Shown here: positions 16,945 through 24,629 of the stretch, one piece after another | Layout: every line of letters starts with the position of its first letter | How positions within the stretch are numbered: the first letter of the stretch is position 1 | Source of the DNA: an uncultured Rikenella sp. | GTDB lineage: Bacteria > Bacteroidota > Bacteroidia > Bacteroidales > VadinHA17 | DNA: 54,650 nucleotides | Assembly (NCBI GenBank): GCA_964418865.1 | Contig: CAYQNT010000004.1 | Location: forward strand, 4,677-59,326 | Direction: 5' to 3' | Translations under genes and position numbers: made by a program | Notes under the pieces: generated by a model | The model's input: the letters and a program-made list of their open reading frames with translations, nothing else | What the model was told of the DNA's origin: nothing | Databases searched by the model: none

Positions 16945-17469
16945 TTAAACAGTTAATTCGTTTTCAGATTGCAATTCTACTCCCCTCTTAAATATCTGCG
17001 AGAAAATATATACCACTCCCGCCAATAAAATAAAATTATCAGATATAACATGTTGATCCATGTCGCCTAGGCTTTTCGCCAGCCATTTAATTTGTGCATT
17101 GAAGATCAATACAATTATCCATGTGCTAAAAATGAAATAACTTATCTTCTCCAACAGTCTGCTCACTTCAATGGTAAATGGATTTACCAATTTTATTTTC
17201 ATCAATAGCTTAACCACTAAAAAAGCAGTGTATGCTTTAATAGCCTGCATAGCGATAATTAAAGAAACGGTGGATGAATAATACCAGAAACTATATTCCC
17301 TGAGATCGAACAGGTTCAAACCCATAAAAAGGTTCCTTGCGCCTTCAGCCTTGCCAGTACTAATTAAATAAGTCAGAAGAATTGCGCCGGTTTTAATGCA
17401 TAACCCTATGAGTATGATCCAGGATAGAATAAGCATCACTTTTAAAATCAGATTGGTTTTTGTATTCAT
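16945..17469 (-). CDS. DUF2975-family integral membrane protein
   Basis: 174 aa with about 5 predicted TM helices. Lies immediately upstream (3-nt gap) of the YozG-like HTH gene, which is the usual DUF2975/HTH pairing. Confidence 0.7.
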   Translation of the reverse strand: MNTKTNLILKVMLILSWIILIGLCIKTGAILLTYLISTGKAEGARNLFMGLNLFDLREYSFWYYSSTVSLIIAMQAIKAYTAFLVVKLLMKIKLVNPFTIEVSRLLEKISYFIFSTWIIVLIFNAQIKWLAKSLGDMDQHVISDNFILLAGVVYIFSQIFKRGVELQSENELTV

Positions 17470-17814
17470 GACATATTATTTTATATTAGACGACGCAAAT
17501 ATAGATAAAAAATTATTGATAAACAATAAATAATTAATCTTATTACATAAGTTAATTATGTCAGCGCATAACACGGTGTATAATAACCAGGAGAGGTTGT
17601 TGCTAAACCTGGTACTTTCAGATATTGGGATGTCAACAAGGCTTTGATTTGGCGATTGGAAAAAGAAAAGGTAATCGAATAATGCAAAATGTTTGGCACA
17701 CACCTGACGAAATGGAATACTACGCAGTATGATAAATAGTTCAGTATAGTCTTAATGACATCAAATGAAAAAGCCCTGAATACTTTAGTCATCAAGGCTT
17801 TAAAATCAATCTCT

Positions 17815-17838
17815 TGTTGCTCCGCTAGGGCTCGAACC
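17815..17838 (-). repeat. 24-nt direct duplicate of the tRNA-Gln 3' end (T-loop, T-stem 3' half, acceptor 3' strand); att-like scar
   Basis: Plus strand TGTTGCTCCGCTAGGGCTCGAACC at 17815-17838 is identical to 17947-17970. Sequence beyond it diverges completely and cannot fold as a tRNA. Confidence 0.85.
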
Positions 17839-17913
17839 GGAGCGACCGTTAAGTCCCGACATAGTATGTCGGGATAGGGAGCTGCCAGACTGAAGGGTTA
17901 GCCGAGCCCAAGG

Positions 17914-17943
17914 TTAAAAATAAGAAGCCGGCAAGATGCCGGC
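17914..17943 (-). terminator. Intrinsic terminator downstream of tRNA-Gln
   Basis: The minus strand reads GCCGGC-atctt-GCCGGC followed by TTCTTATTTTT. Confidence 0.7.
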
Positions 17944-17948
17944 ACTTG

Positions 17949-18021
17949 TTGCTCCGCTAGGGCTCGAACCTAGACTTTCCTGATCCAGAATCAGGCGTGT
18001 TGCCAATTACACCACGGAGCA
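17949..18021 (-). tRNA. tRNA-Gln (anticodon CUG)
   Basis: Minus strand: TGCTCCG-TG-GTGT-AATTGGCA-ACAC-G-CCTGA-TTCTGGA-TCAGG-AAAGT-CTAGG-TTCGAGC-CCTAG-CGGAGCA-A. This gives a 73-nt cloverleaf with 7/4/5/5-bp stems and anticodon CTG. CCA is not encoded. Confidence 0.9.
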
Positions 18022-18118
18022 CTATTTTGAGGCTGCAAAGATAAAATTATTTTTTAGAATCATATCCCGGAGTATTTGAATTTTATCTCTTTACTCCGCT
18101 TGCATAAGCTCTCAGCAG

Positions 18119-19810
18119 CTATTTGTTTAGTTTGGCCCAGGTGTCTTTAAGGCTTACAGTGCGGTTGAAGACGAGATTACCCGGCCGGCTGTCATAGTCG
18201 ACACAGAAATAGCCTATTCTCTGAAACTGGAATCTGGTTAGCGGACCGGCATCAGCAATCGACGGTTCTACTTTACAATCCTTGATAATTGTCAGGGAGT
18301 CAGGATTGAGAAACGACCTTGCATCAACATCTTTATGCCCCGATGGATCTTCATCGCTGAATAGCCTGTCATAGAGTCTTACCTCGGCGTTGAGGGCATG
18401 TGCTGCTGATACCCAGTGCAGCGTGCCTTTAACTTTACGCCCTGACTGCAGGCCGCCGCTGCGTGTTTCCCTGTCATATGTACAGTGCACCTCCGTAACT
18501 TCACCTGCTTCATTTTTAACAACTCCGGTACATTTAATGATGTATGCTCCCTTGAGCCTTACCTCCTGACCAGGAGCAAGGCGGAAGAACTTGCCGGGAG
18601 GATCTTCCCTGAAGTCGTCTTGCTCAATAAAGACCTCCCTGCTGAAGGGTACTTTTCTCTTACCCTGGCTCTCATCCTCAGGATTGTTCTCTATCTCCAT
18701 CTCTTCAGTAACACCTTCGGGGAAGTCAGTGATAATGAGCTTGAGAGGCTTAAGCACTCCAAAGACTCGCGGAGCACGCTTGTTCAGGTCTTCGCGGATA
18801 GCATACTCCAGTAGCGAGACATCGTTTATGGCTTCCACCTTGGTATATCCAATCAGGTCAACGAATCGTCTTATCGACTCGGGAGTATATCCCCTGCGGC
18901 GCAGTCCACACAAAGTAGGCATACGTGGGTCATCCCAGCCTTTTACTACGCCGTCTTTCACCAGTTCAAGCAGCTTGCGCTTGCTCATCACGGTGTAGGT
19001 CAGGTTCAGACGGTTAAATTCAATCTGCCGGGGCCGGTATTCATCAGTTTTGAGCTGGTCAATGAACCAGTCGTACAGTGGCCTGTGCACCTCGAATTCA
19101 AGGGTGCATAGAGAGTGGGTGATACCTTCGAAATAGTCGCTCTGCCCATGAGCAAAGTCGTACATCGGATAGACCTTCCATTTGGTTCCCGTGCGGTGAT
19201 GTGAGGCCTTCAGTATACGATAGATGATAGGGTCACGCATATGCATGTTGGGCGCAGTCATGTCTATCTTTGCCCTCAGTACCCGGCTGCCCTCTTCAAA
19301 CTCGCCTTCACTCATGCGGTTGAAGAGGTTGAGGTTCTCGTCAATAGTTCGGTTGCGGAACGGGCTTTCAGTTCCGGGCAGGGTGGTGGTACCCTTCTGC
19401 TCAGCTATTTTCTCAGCACTTTGATCATCTACATATGCAAGTCCCCGTCTGATCAGCAACACCGCAAAATCCCAGAGTTTGCCAAAATAGTCCGACGCAT
19501 AGTACTCACGGTCTTCCCAGGTGAAACCCAGCCACTGGATGTCTTCCTTTATTGAGTCAACATATTCAACATCCTCTTTTGTAGGGTTGGTGTCATCAAA
19601 GCGGAGATTGCACTTTCCTCCATACTGCTCTGCCATGCCGAAGTCGAGGCAAATAGCTTTTGCATGCCCTATATGCAGATAGCCGTTAGGCTCAGGCGGG
19701 AAACGGGTATGCACACGCCCTCCGTTCTTACCTTCACTCAGATCTTTCTCAATGGCCTGTTCTATAAAATGCTGTGATTCCGGTTTTACTATCTCTTCAG
19801 ACTCTTTCAT
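18119..19810 (-). CDS. glnS: Glutamine--tRNA ligase
   Basis: HIGH motif (YLHIGHAKA), KMSKS variant (VMSKRK) and the full-length class I GlnRS pattern ([13 protein letters not shown]...TLEF...). Confidence 0.95.
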   Translation of the reverse strand: MKESEEIVKPESQHFIEQAIEKDLSEGKNGGRVHTRFPPEPNGYLHIGHAKAICLDFGMAEQYGGKCNLRFDDTNPTKEDVEYVDSIKEDIQWLGFTWEDREYYASDYFGKLWDFAVLLIRRGLAYVDDQSAEKIAEQKGTTTLPGTESPFRNRTIDENLNLFNRMSEGEFEEGSRVLRAKIDMTAPNMHMRDPIIYRILKASHHRTGTKWKVYPMYDFAHGQSDYFEGITHSLCTLEFEVHRPLYDWFIDQLKTDEYRPRQIEFNRLNLTYTVMSKRKLLELVKDGVVKGWDDPRMPTLCGLRRRGYTPESIRRFVDLIGYTKVEAINDVSLLEYAIREDLNKRAPRVFGVLKPLKLIITDFPEGVTEEMEIENNPEDESQGKRKVPFSREVFIEQDDFREDPPGKFFRLAPGQEVRLKGAYIIKCTGVVKNEAGEVTEVHCTYDRETRSGGLQSGRKVKGTLHWVSAAHALNAEVRLYDRLFSDEDPSGHKDVDARSFLNPDSLTIIKDCKVEPSIADAGPLTRFQFQRIGYFCVDYDSRPGNLVFNRTVSLKDTWAKLNK

Positions 19811-19916
19811 TGGATTTTAAAATGAGATTATGAAATTTGTGTAATTAGCCTACAAAACCTATTCCTGTGTCAAGGGGAAAATATACAAAAAAAAGGTCAA
19901 AGCATAATGAACCTGT

Positions 19917-20267
19917 TCACCTTGAAATTTCAACACTTACCCTGCCGATCCTGCCACCCATGACCGGGTTTAGTTTAGAAACCCTCACTGTTGCGTTGAT
20001 AATGCCCCCCATCTCGCTGTGCAGTGAATTAAGAATTCTGGCGGCAATATGTTCCAGAAGGTTGGATGTCTTTTCCATCTCTCTCTTTACAATAAGATAT
20101 GCTTCCTGATAATTGAGTGTCTCTTTCAGCTGGTCGCTTTTCTCTGCATTGCCGGTGTCAGTCTCCATGGTCACATCAACTATGAAGTGACTTCCAACTA
20201 TCTGCTCTTCGCGATAATGTCCGTGAAAAGCATAAAACTCCATATCTTCAATCTTGATCAGTCCCAT
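19917..20267 (-). CDS. folB: Dihydroneopterin aldolase
   Basis: 116 aa. IKIEDMEFYAFHGHYREEQIVGSHFIVDV is the FolB N-terminal signature. Confidence 0.85.
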   Translation of the reverse strand: MGLIKIEDMEFYAFHGHYREEQIVGSHFIVDVTMETDTGNAEKSDQLKETLNYQEAYLIVKREMEKTSNLLEHIAARILNSLHSEMGGIINATVRVSKLNPVMGGRIGRVSVEISR

Positions 20268-20379
20268 GACGATTAATTATTATATTTTATAATAAACTAA
20301 ATATCAGTTATATGCGATTTAATTATTATTTAAGCGAAAAGTATTTATAAAATAATTAGGTTTATAATATAAACTACTT

Positions 20380-20387
20380 TATCTTTG
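20380..20387 (+). promoter_or_regulatory. Candidate -7 box TATCTTTG
   Basis: Exact TAnnTTTG match, 43 nt upstream of the ATG at 20430. Confidence 0.35.
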
Positions 20388-20429
20388 TTGAAGCTATTTT
20401 AATGACATAGTGTAAAAGTAACAAAAGCC

Positions 20430-21026
20430 ATGGAAAATGAAGAAAAATTGATGACAGGAGAGGAGAGTCTCAGGGTTATCACCCAAATGATCAATAAAAC
20501 GCGTGTGAGTGTGACGCAGACTAGTTTTCACTTGCTCTTCTGGGGCTGGTTGATATTAGCATGCAGTCTTTCAGAGTTTCTGCTCTGGAGGTATACTGAC
20601 TGGACAAACGCCTGGTATGTCTGGTTCTTTGTTATTCCCGGGGTATTTGTTTCATTGATCTATGGTTTCATCAAGGGCAAAAACGAGAAGGTATATACTT
20701 ACGGAACAAGTATTTATGTGTGGTCGTGGATGGCGTTTCTGTTTGCCTCGGTTGTCTTTTTTATCATTCATCCCTTGGAAAGCGGTAGCGTCACGAAATA
20801 CATGTTGTTGATGGCAGCGATCCCATTATTCATCTCAGGGGTGGTTCTAAGATTCAGACCACTGATCTGGGGTGCTGCATCGTTTTGGGTCCTTGCGCTG
20901 GCAGCACATTTCGGAGGAGAGACTGTCTCAGGTCTTGCAATGCCGTTAGCCATGATCATCGGGTATCTTATTCCCGGATATTTATTCAGAAGAAAGGGTA
21001 GCCATGAAGCCGTTCAGGGAGCTTGA
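20430..21026 (+). CDS. Integral membrane protein, function unknown (about 5-6 TM)
   Basis: An amphipathic N-terminus followed by repeated hydrophobic helices. Overlaps the downstream winged-helix regulator gene by 23 nt. Confidence 0.6.
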   Translation: MENEEKLMTGEESLRVITQMINKTRVSVTQTSFHLLFWGWLILACSLSEFLLWRYTDWTNAWYVWFFVIPGVFVSLIYGFIKGKNEKVYTYGTSIYVWSWMAFLFASVVFFIIHPLESGSVTKYMLLMAAIPLFISGVVLRFRPLIWGAASFWVLALAAHFGGETVSGLAMPLAMIIGYLIPGYLFRRKGSHEAVQGA

Positions 21027-21294
21027 CCCTCTGCTGCATTCGCAGCTCAGGCTGGCAGTTATGTCGATACTCATCAGTGTTGACAGTGCCGGCTTCAGCT
21101 ATCTGCGTGAGAAGTCGGGAGCGACAGCAGGTAATCTCAGCGTACAGATAGGCAAGCTGAAAGATGCCGGATACATTTCAGTAAGTAAAAGTTTCGGTGA
21201 GAGCTATCCGCAGACGATGTGCAGTATCACTGACCTCGGGCGGCAGAAGTTTGCGGAGTATGTCTCCGCGCTCAATGACTACCTCAAGGCCTAA
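21004..21294 (+). CDS. Winged-helix transcriptional regulator (HTH_34/ArsR-like, 96 aa)
   Basis: LDPLLHSQLRLAVMSILISVDSAGFSYLREKSGATAGNLSVQIGKLKDAGYISVSK... is the conserved winged-helix pattern of small Bacteroidota regulators that follow a membrane protein. Confidence 0.75.
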   Translation: MKPFRELDPLLHSQLRLAVMSILISVDSAGFSYLREKSGATAGNLSVQIGKLKDAGYISVSKSFGESYPQTMCSITDLGRQKFAEYVSALNDYLKA

Positions 21295-21303
21295 AGGCCT
21301 GTC

Positions 21304-21320
21304 GCCCCGCGTGGCGGGGC
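21304..21320 (+). terminator. GC-rich hairpin GCCCCGC-gtg-GCGGGGC immediately after the regulator stop
   Basis: Perfect 7-bp stem 10 nt after the stop at 21294. No T-run follows; it runs straight into the heptamer array. Confidence 0.5.
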
Positions 21321-21502
21321 TCAGTCTTCAGTCGGCAGCCCTCAGCCCTCAGTCCTCAGTCCTCAGCCCTCAGTCCTCAGTCCTCAGTCCTCAGCCCTCA
21401 GTCCTCAGTCCTCAGCCCTCAGTCCTCAGCCCTCAGTTCACAGTCCTGGTTGAAGTATTACGACTGCCGACTGCTGACTGCTGATTGCCGACTGCTGAAT
21501 CC
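21321..21502. repeat. In-register heptanucleotide array: 18 x TCAGYCY-type units, a 14-nt spacer, then 5 x YGA(C/T)TGC units
   Basis: Direct reading. Units start at 21321 and continue every 7 nt to 21446. The spacer TGGTTGAAGTATTA keeps the register. CGACTGC, CGACTGC, TGACTGC, TGATTGC, CGACTGC occupy 21461-21495. Same family and orientation as 351-483. Confidence 0.9.
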
Positions 21503-22675
21503 CAGGCCGGGCTCCGGGCCAATTGTCCAGTAAGGGGCTTTGTAAACTGGTCCTCCGCTGACCGGGCACTCTGACGCATCAAAGGATGGGTCAAGGTCAA
21601 TAAACTCAAAACCACCTACACCGGCAGCAAACTGAACCGCACACCCCAGTGCCAGGTTTGTCTCAACCATGCAGCCAATCATGAGTTTAAGGTTGGCGCT
21701 TCGTGCAATAGCGGCAATGTCAAGCGCCTCTATCAGACAAGACTTGGATAGCTTGATGTTGATGGCATCGGCGCAACCCGTTCGCACTATATTGATGGCA
21801 TCAGTGGCTGTGAATACCGATTCATCGGCACCAACCATGATCGGGGTGTTGTCTCTTACGTATTTCATCCCCGCCAGGTCGTTCTTATGTACCGGTTGCT
21901 CAAACATTACCGGATAAATGCCGTGGTTCAGCACCTCATTAATGAAGCGCAATGCAGTTTTGGGCGAATATCCCTGATTGGCATCAATGAGAATGCCGCA
22001 GTCAGGAGCGCCGTCATGAATTGCCAGTACCCTGTCGACGTCTTTCGTCAGGTTGGTTCCTACCTTGGTCTTTATTACCCTGAAACCCTCAGCTGCAAGA
22101 TGAACCGCCTCCTTCTTAGCTTGTTCTGCACTAACTATCGCTATCGTATAATCAGTCTCTATCTTGTTGTCAGTTCCTCCCAGGAAACGATAAAACGGGA
22201 TCTTCAGGGTCTTTGTGTATGCGTCAAGCAGAGCCATTTCAATGGCACACCTGGCGGCTGACTGAGCCCAGAAAGCACTTTTCAGGGTATAGGCGATTGC
22301 CCTGTAGTTGTTGATGTCCTGGCCTACAACAAAGTCTTTGCAGCTGTTCAGGGTACCCAGAATTGTTGCCAGGTTCTCACCGTTGATCTGCATGATGGCT
22401 GCTGCTTCTCCAAAGCCTTCAATACCATTCTCAAGAACAATTGTCACAAGGGCATTCTCAAGATGTGTCATTACACCCAGTGCTATCGGGAATGGTTCCA
22501 TCTCAATATTGATCGGCTCAATGAACATCTTGCTGATCTTAATACCTTGCATCTCCCCCGTCTTGCGGGAATAAAACCCTTCGTCCGGCAGCATACTGCT
22601 GGTTAATACAGTGGCCGTGGCCAATCCGCCTGCGGTTAAACCGCCTTGTTTGATAAATGTCCTTCTGGTACTCAT
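21458..22675 (-). CDS. Enolase-superfamily dipeptide epimerase / muconate-lactonizing-enzyme-like protein with a twin-arginine (Tat) signal peptide
   Basis: N-terminus MSTRRTFIKQGGLTAGGLATATVL fits the S/T-R-R-x-F-L-K Tat motif. The body has the MR/MLE pattern (KTKVG..., IDANQGY, EQP, the metal-ligand D/E/D region, ...PGLGF). The last 12 codons (SSRQSAVSSRQS) plus the stop are encoded by the YGACTGC repeat block. Confidence 0.75.
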   Translation of the reverse strand: MSTRRTFIKQGGLTAGGLATATVLTSSMLPDEGFYSRKTGEMQGIKISKMFIEPINIEMEPFPIALGVMTHLENALVTIVLENGIEGFGEAAAIMQINGENLATILGTLNSCKDFVVGQDINNYRAIAYTLKSAFWAQSAARCAIEMALLDAYTKTLKIPFYRFLGGTDNKIETDYTIAIVSAEQAKKEAVHLAAEGFRVIKTKVGTNLTKDVDRVLAIHDGAPDCGILIDANQGYSPKTALRFINEVLNHGIYPVMFEQPVHKNDLAGMKYVRDNTPIMVGADESVFTATDAINIVRTGCADAINIKLSKSCLIEALDIAAIARSANLKLMIGCMVETNLALGCAVQFAAGVGGFEFIDLDPSFDASECPVSGGPVYKAPYWTIGPEPGLGFSSRQSAVSSRQS

Positions 22676-22706
22676 TGTATAATTATTTTAATCAGTATGG
22701 TAAATT

Positions 22707-22790
22707 CACCGCAGCTTACTGCGGAATCTGTAGCAGCAGCTTACACCCGAGCTTACTGCGGAATCTGTAGCAGCAGCTTACACCGGAGCT
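22707..22790. repeat. 37-bp tandem repeat, 2 full copies plus a 10-nt partial copy
   Basis: CACCGCAGCTTACTGCGGAATCTGTAGCAGCAGCTTA (22707-22743) and CACCCGAGCTTACTGCGGAATCTGTAGCAGCAGCTTA (22744-22780), then CACCGGAGCT. Contains the palindrome CCGCAG-ctta-CTGCGG. Confidence 0.9.
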
Positions 22791-22883
22791 AATACCATTT
22801 TATTCCACTAATCTACGTATTTGAATTCAATCTTTTCAATGAATACTACAAATCTGAGATACATATGCTTTTTTCAGTCTCCA

Positions 22884-24629
22884 TTACGGCTTCATATTAT
22901 CCATGGCGCCCAGCAGAAAGACCAGCGGAGCATTCCAGTTGATGGCTATCTCGTTGGTGGAGTAGCTGCATTCGCTGTCAGTGTATGACTTTGCCGGGAA
23001 GGTTGACCGTGGAACAGGAGGCTGGCAGTCGTTCATCACCACCGTGTTCGGTCCTCCCACGAGGAACCCCGGCACAGGCTCCGGCACTCCGTCAGCGCCT
23101 GAAGGGCGGTGATGGATATGCATTGGCGAGAGTGTTCCAAACCCTGTCACAAAGCAGTATCCTGTAGGATTTGTGCCCAGCAGCCAGTTGACGTCAGCCT
23201 GGATGGATGGCAGGTACTTGTTGTCACCGGTCATCCGCATGGCAATGATCTTGATGATTGCCTGGTTAGCTACATCTGAGGTGCTGCCCCAGTCAAACCG
23301 ATCGAGGCTGATGCGGTAGGGAGATCTTTCTGATTTTGCAATCAGCTCGTCAGCATATGCAGTCAAAAGTGACGATGCTGCTTCGCGCAGCGGGGCGAAC
23401 GATTCATCTTTGCTCATGGCCAGCGAGATGAGGCCCAGGGTGGAGGTCTGGTTCCATGTGGGAGTAACAGCACTGATGCCGTCAAGGAATCCAGCAGCGG
23501 GAGCCGTCCCCTTTGCCAGGGAGGTTTCGGCCTTTGCCCAGAAGAGCTCATCAGTCAGGTGATCATCGCCGTAGGCGCCGGTACCCACATCGGCAGGCTG
23601 CCGGTAAAGCACAGCAGGATTGGCCTCAGCCCATTCCATTGCTTTGCCTGACGCCTCCAGACAGATGGCGGCAAGGGCTCTCAGCTCCTCAGAGGGGTCA
23701 GTGGCAAAGACCCGGTATGCCATTGCTGTGACAGCAGCAAAATCAAGAGTAGCGGCTGTGCTCTTCATGACAACATAACGAGGCTGCGTTGCCTCATGAG
23801 GCATTTCGAACGCATCAAACTGCAGGTTGGTCAGCTTGTGATAAACACCGCCGTCAGCCGGATCCTGCATGGTCAGATACCATTTAAGGTTCCAGAGCAG
23901 CTCATCAACCAGGTCGGGGATATCATTACCGCTCTCCGGTATATTGAGATCAAGAAGCCTGCAATACTCGGGATATAACTGGTAGAAGAGCAGAAGCGTA
24001 TAGTTGGTGATGCTGCTGTTGACGACATACTTGTTATAATCGCCCGCATCATACCATCCTCCCGGGCTGGAGATTACCGTGCCTGCAGGTCTGCCTTTTG
24101 AAGCGGCCGACGGATGAATGATGACAGCATTGTCTGGATGACCTGCGGGCCGGGCCCATTTCGAGCCGTACTCTTCGGTGATCTCGAATCCGGAACGGTT
24201 GAGATAATAAGATTTCACAGCTGCTTTGGTGATTTCTCTATACACATCACTGCCTATGCGGAAGGGGCCGGAGCAAGTCTCTGATCCATCGAGACAGAGC
24301 TTGTAGGTCCCCGGTTGTGTCAGTCCGGAGAAATCGGCTGCCCGCACTGTGTCGCCTGACAGCTCCCAGTAAAGGGGTTTGTCTGCAGAGCCGCTGAAAA
24401 CAACCTTGCCGTCTGCCGTATCAATAATATTAAATTTCACGGTGTTGCCGCGTATTAGAGCCACCTTTTGGGACTCAGGATGATATCCGACCTGGTTTAC
24501 AAGGATGACATCCTCCGATGCCGGTGACTCAATCCTTGCTTTTCTCAATGCTGCCTTGCTGCAGCCTGATGATGTCAGCAGTACAATTGCTGCCAGAATG
24601 AAGATTCCGGGATTTGATTTCATTTTCAT
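22884..24629 (-). CDS. Glycoside hydrolase family 9 endo-beta-1,4-glucanase lipoprotein with an N-terminal Ig-like (CelD_N) domain
   Basis: Lipobox LLTSSGC. CelD_N-like VNQVGYHPESQKVALI. GH9 motifs GGWYDAGDYNKYV, HHRPS and YSTNEIAINWNAPLVF. Its ATG shares one base with the GH94 stop (TAATG). Confidence 0.9.
   Translation of the reverse strand: MKMKSNPGIFILAAIVLLTSSGCSKAALRKARIESPASEDVILVNQVGYHPESQKVALIRGNTVKFNIIDTADGKVVFSGSADKPLYWELSGDTVRAADFSGLTQPGTYKLCLDGSETCSGPFRIGSDVYREITKAAVKSYYLNRSGFEITEEYGSKWARPAGHPDNAVIIHPSAASKGRPAGTVISSPGGWYDAGDYNKYVVNSSITNYTLLLFYQLYPEYCRLLDLNIPESGNDIPDLVDELLWNLKWYLTMQDPADGGVYHKLTNLQFDAFEMPHEATQPRYVVMKSTAATLDFAAVTAMAYRVFATDPSEELRALAAICLEASGKAMEWAEANPAVLYRQPADVGTGAYGDDHLTDELFWAKAETSLAKGTAPAAGFLDGISAVTPTWNQTSTLGLISLAMSKDESFAPLREAASSLLTAYADELIAKSERSPYRISLDRFDWGSTSDVANQAIIKIIAMRMTGDNKYLPSIQADVNWLLGTNPTGYCFVTGFGTLSPMHIHHRPSGADGVPEPVPGFLVGGPNTVVMNDCQPPVPRSTFPAKSYTDSECSYSTNEIAINWNAPLVFLLGAMDNMKP

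Noticed and set aside
17476-17795. 75-aa and 79-aa minus-strand ORFs, plus short plus-strand ORFs (29 and 16 codons), in the gene-free AT-rich stretch
   Set aside because: They overlap one another, are rich in F/I/L/N/Y codons as expected from about 25% GC DNA, and have no motifs. They could at most be debris of a degraded gene, and I could not reconstruct any homologue across frames.
17815-17915. A second tRNA gene next to tRNA-Gln
   Set aside because: Only the last 24 nt match a tRNA. The would-be T-stem 5' half (TCCGG) cannot pair with CCTAG. There is no matching 5' acceptor strand, D-arm or anticodon arm. I treat it as a partial duplicate (att-like scar).
15119-18118. An intact mobile element or prophage at tRNA-Gln
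   Set aside because: No integrase, transposase, excisionase or phage structural gene is visible here or anywhere in the window. Only the 24-nt repeat and the compositional shift remain, so I report a scar or remnant rather than a mobile element.
19811-19916. A9 homopolymer (about 19885-19893) between glnS and folB as a possible phase-variation tract
   Set aside because: It lies upstream of the glnS start and downstream of the folB stop. It is in neither a coding region nor between recognisable -33 and -7 promoter elements, and such A-runs are common in Bacteroidota intergenic DNA.
22707-22790. Possible CRISPR array (37-bp repeats). The same was considered for the 58-bp repeats at 3703-3831 and for the heptamer arrays.
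   Set aside because: The repeats are directly abutting with no unique spacers, there are only about 2 copies, and no cas genes are in the window. They are tandem repeats, not CRISPRs.
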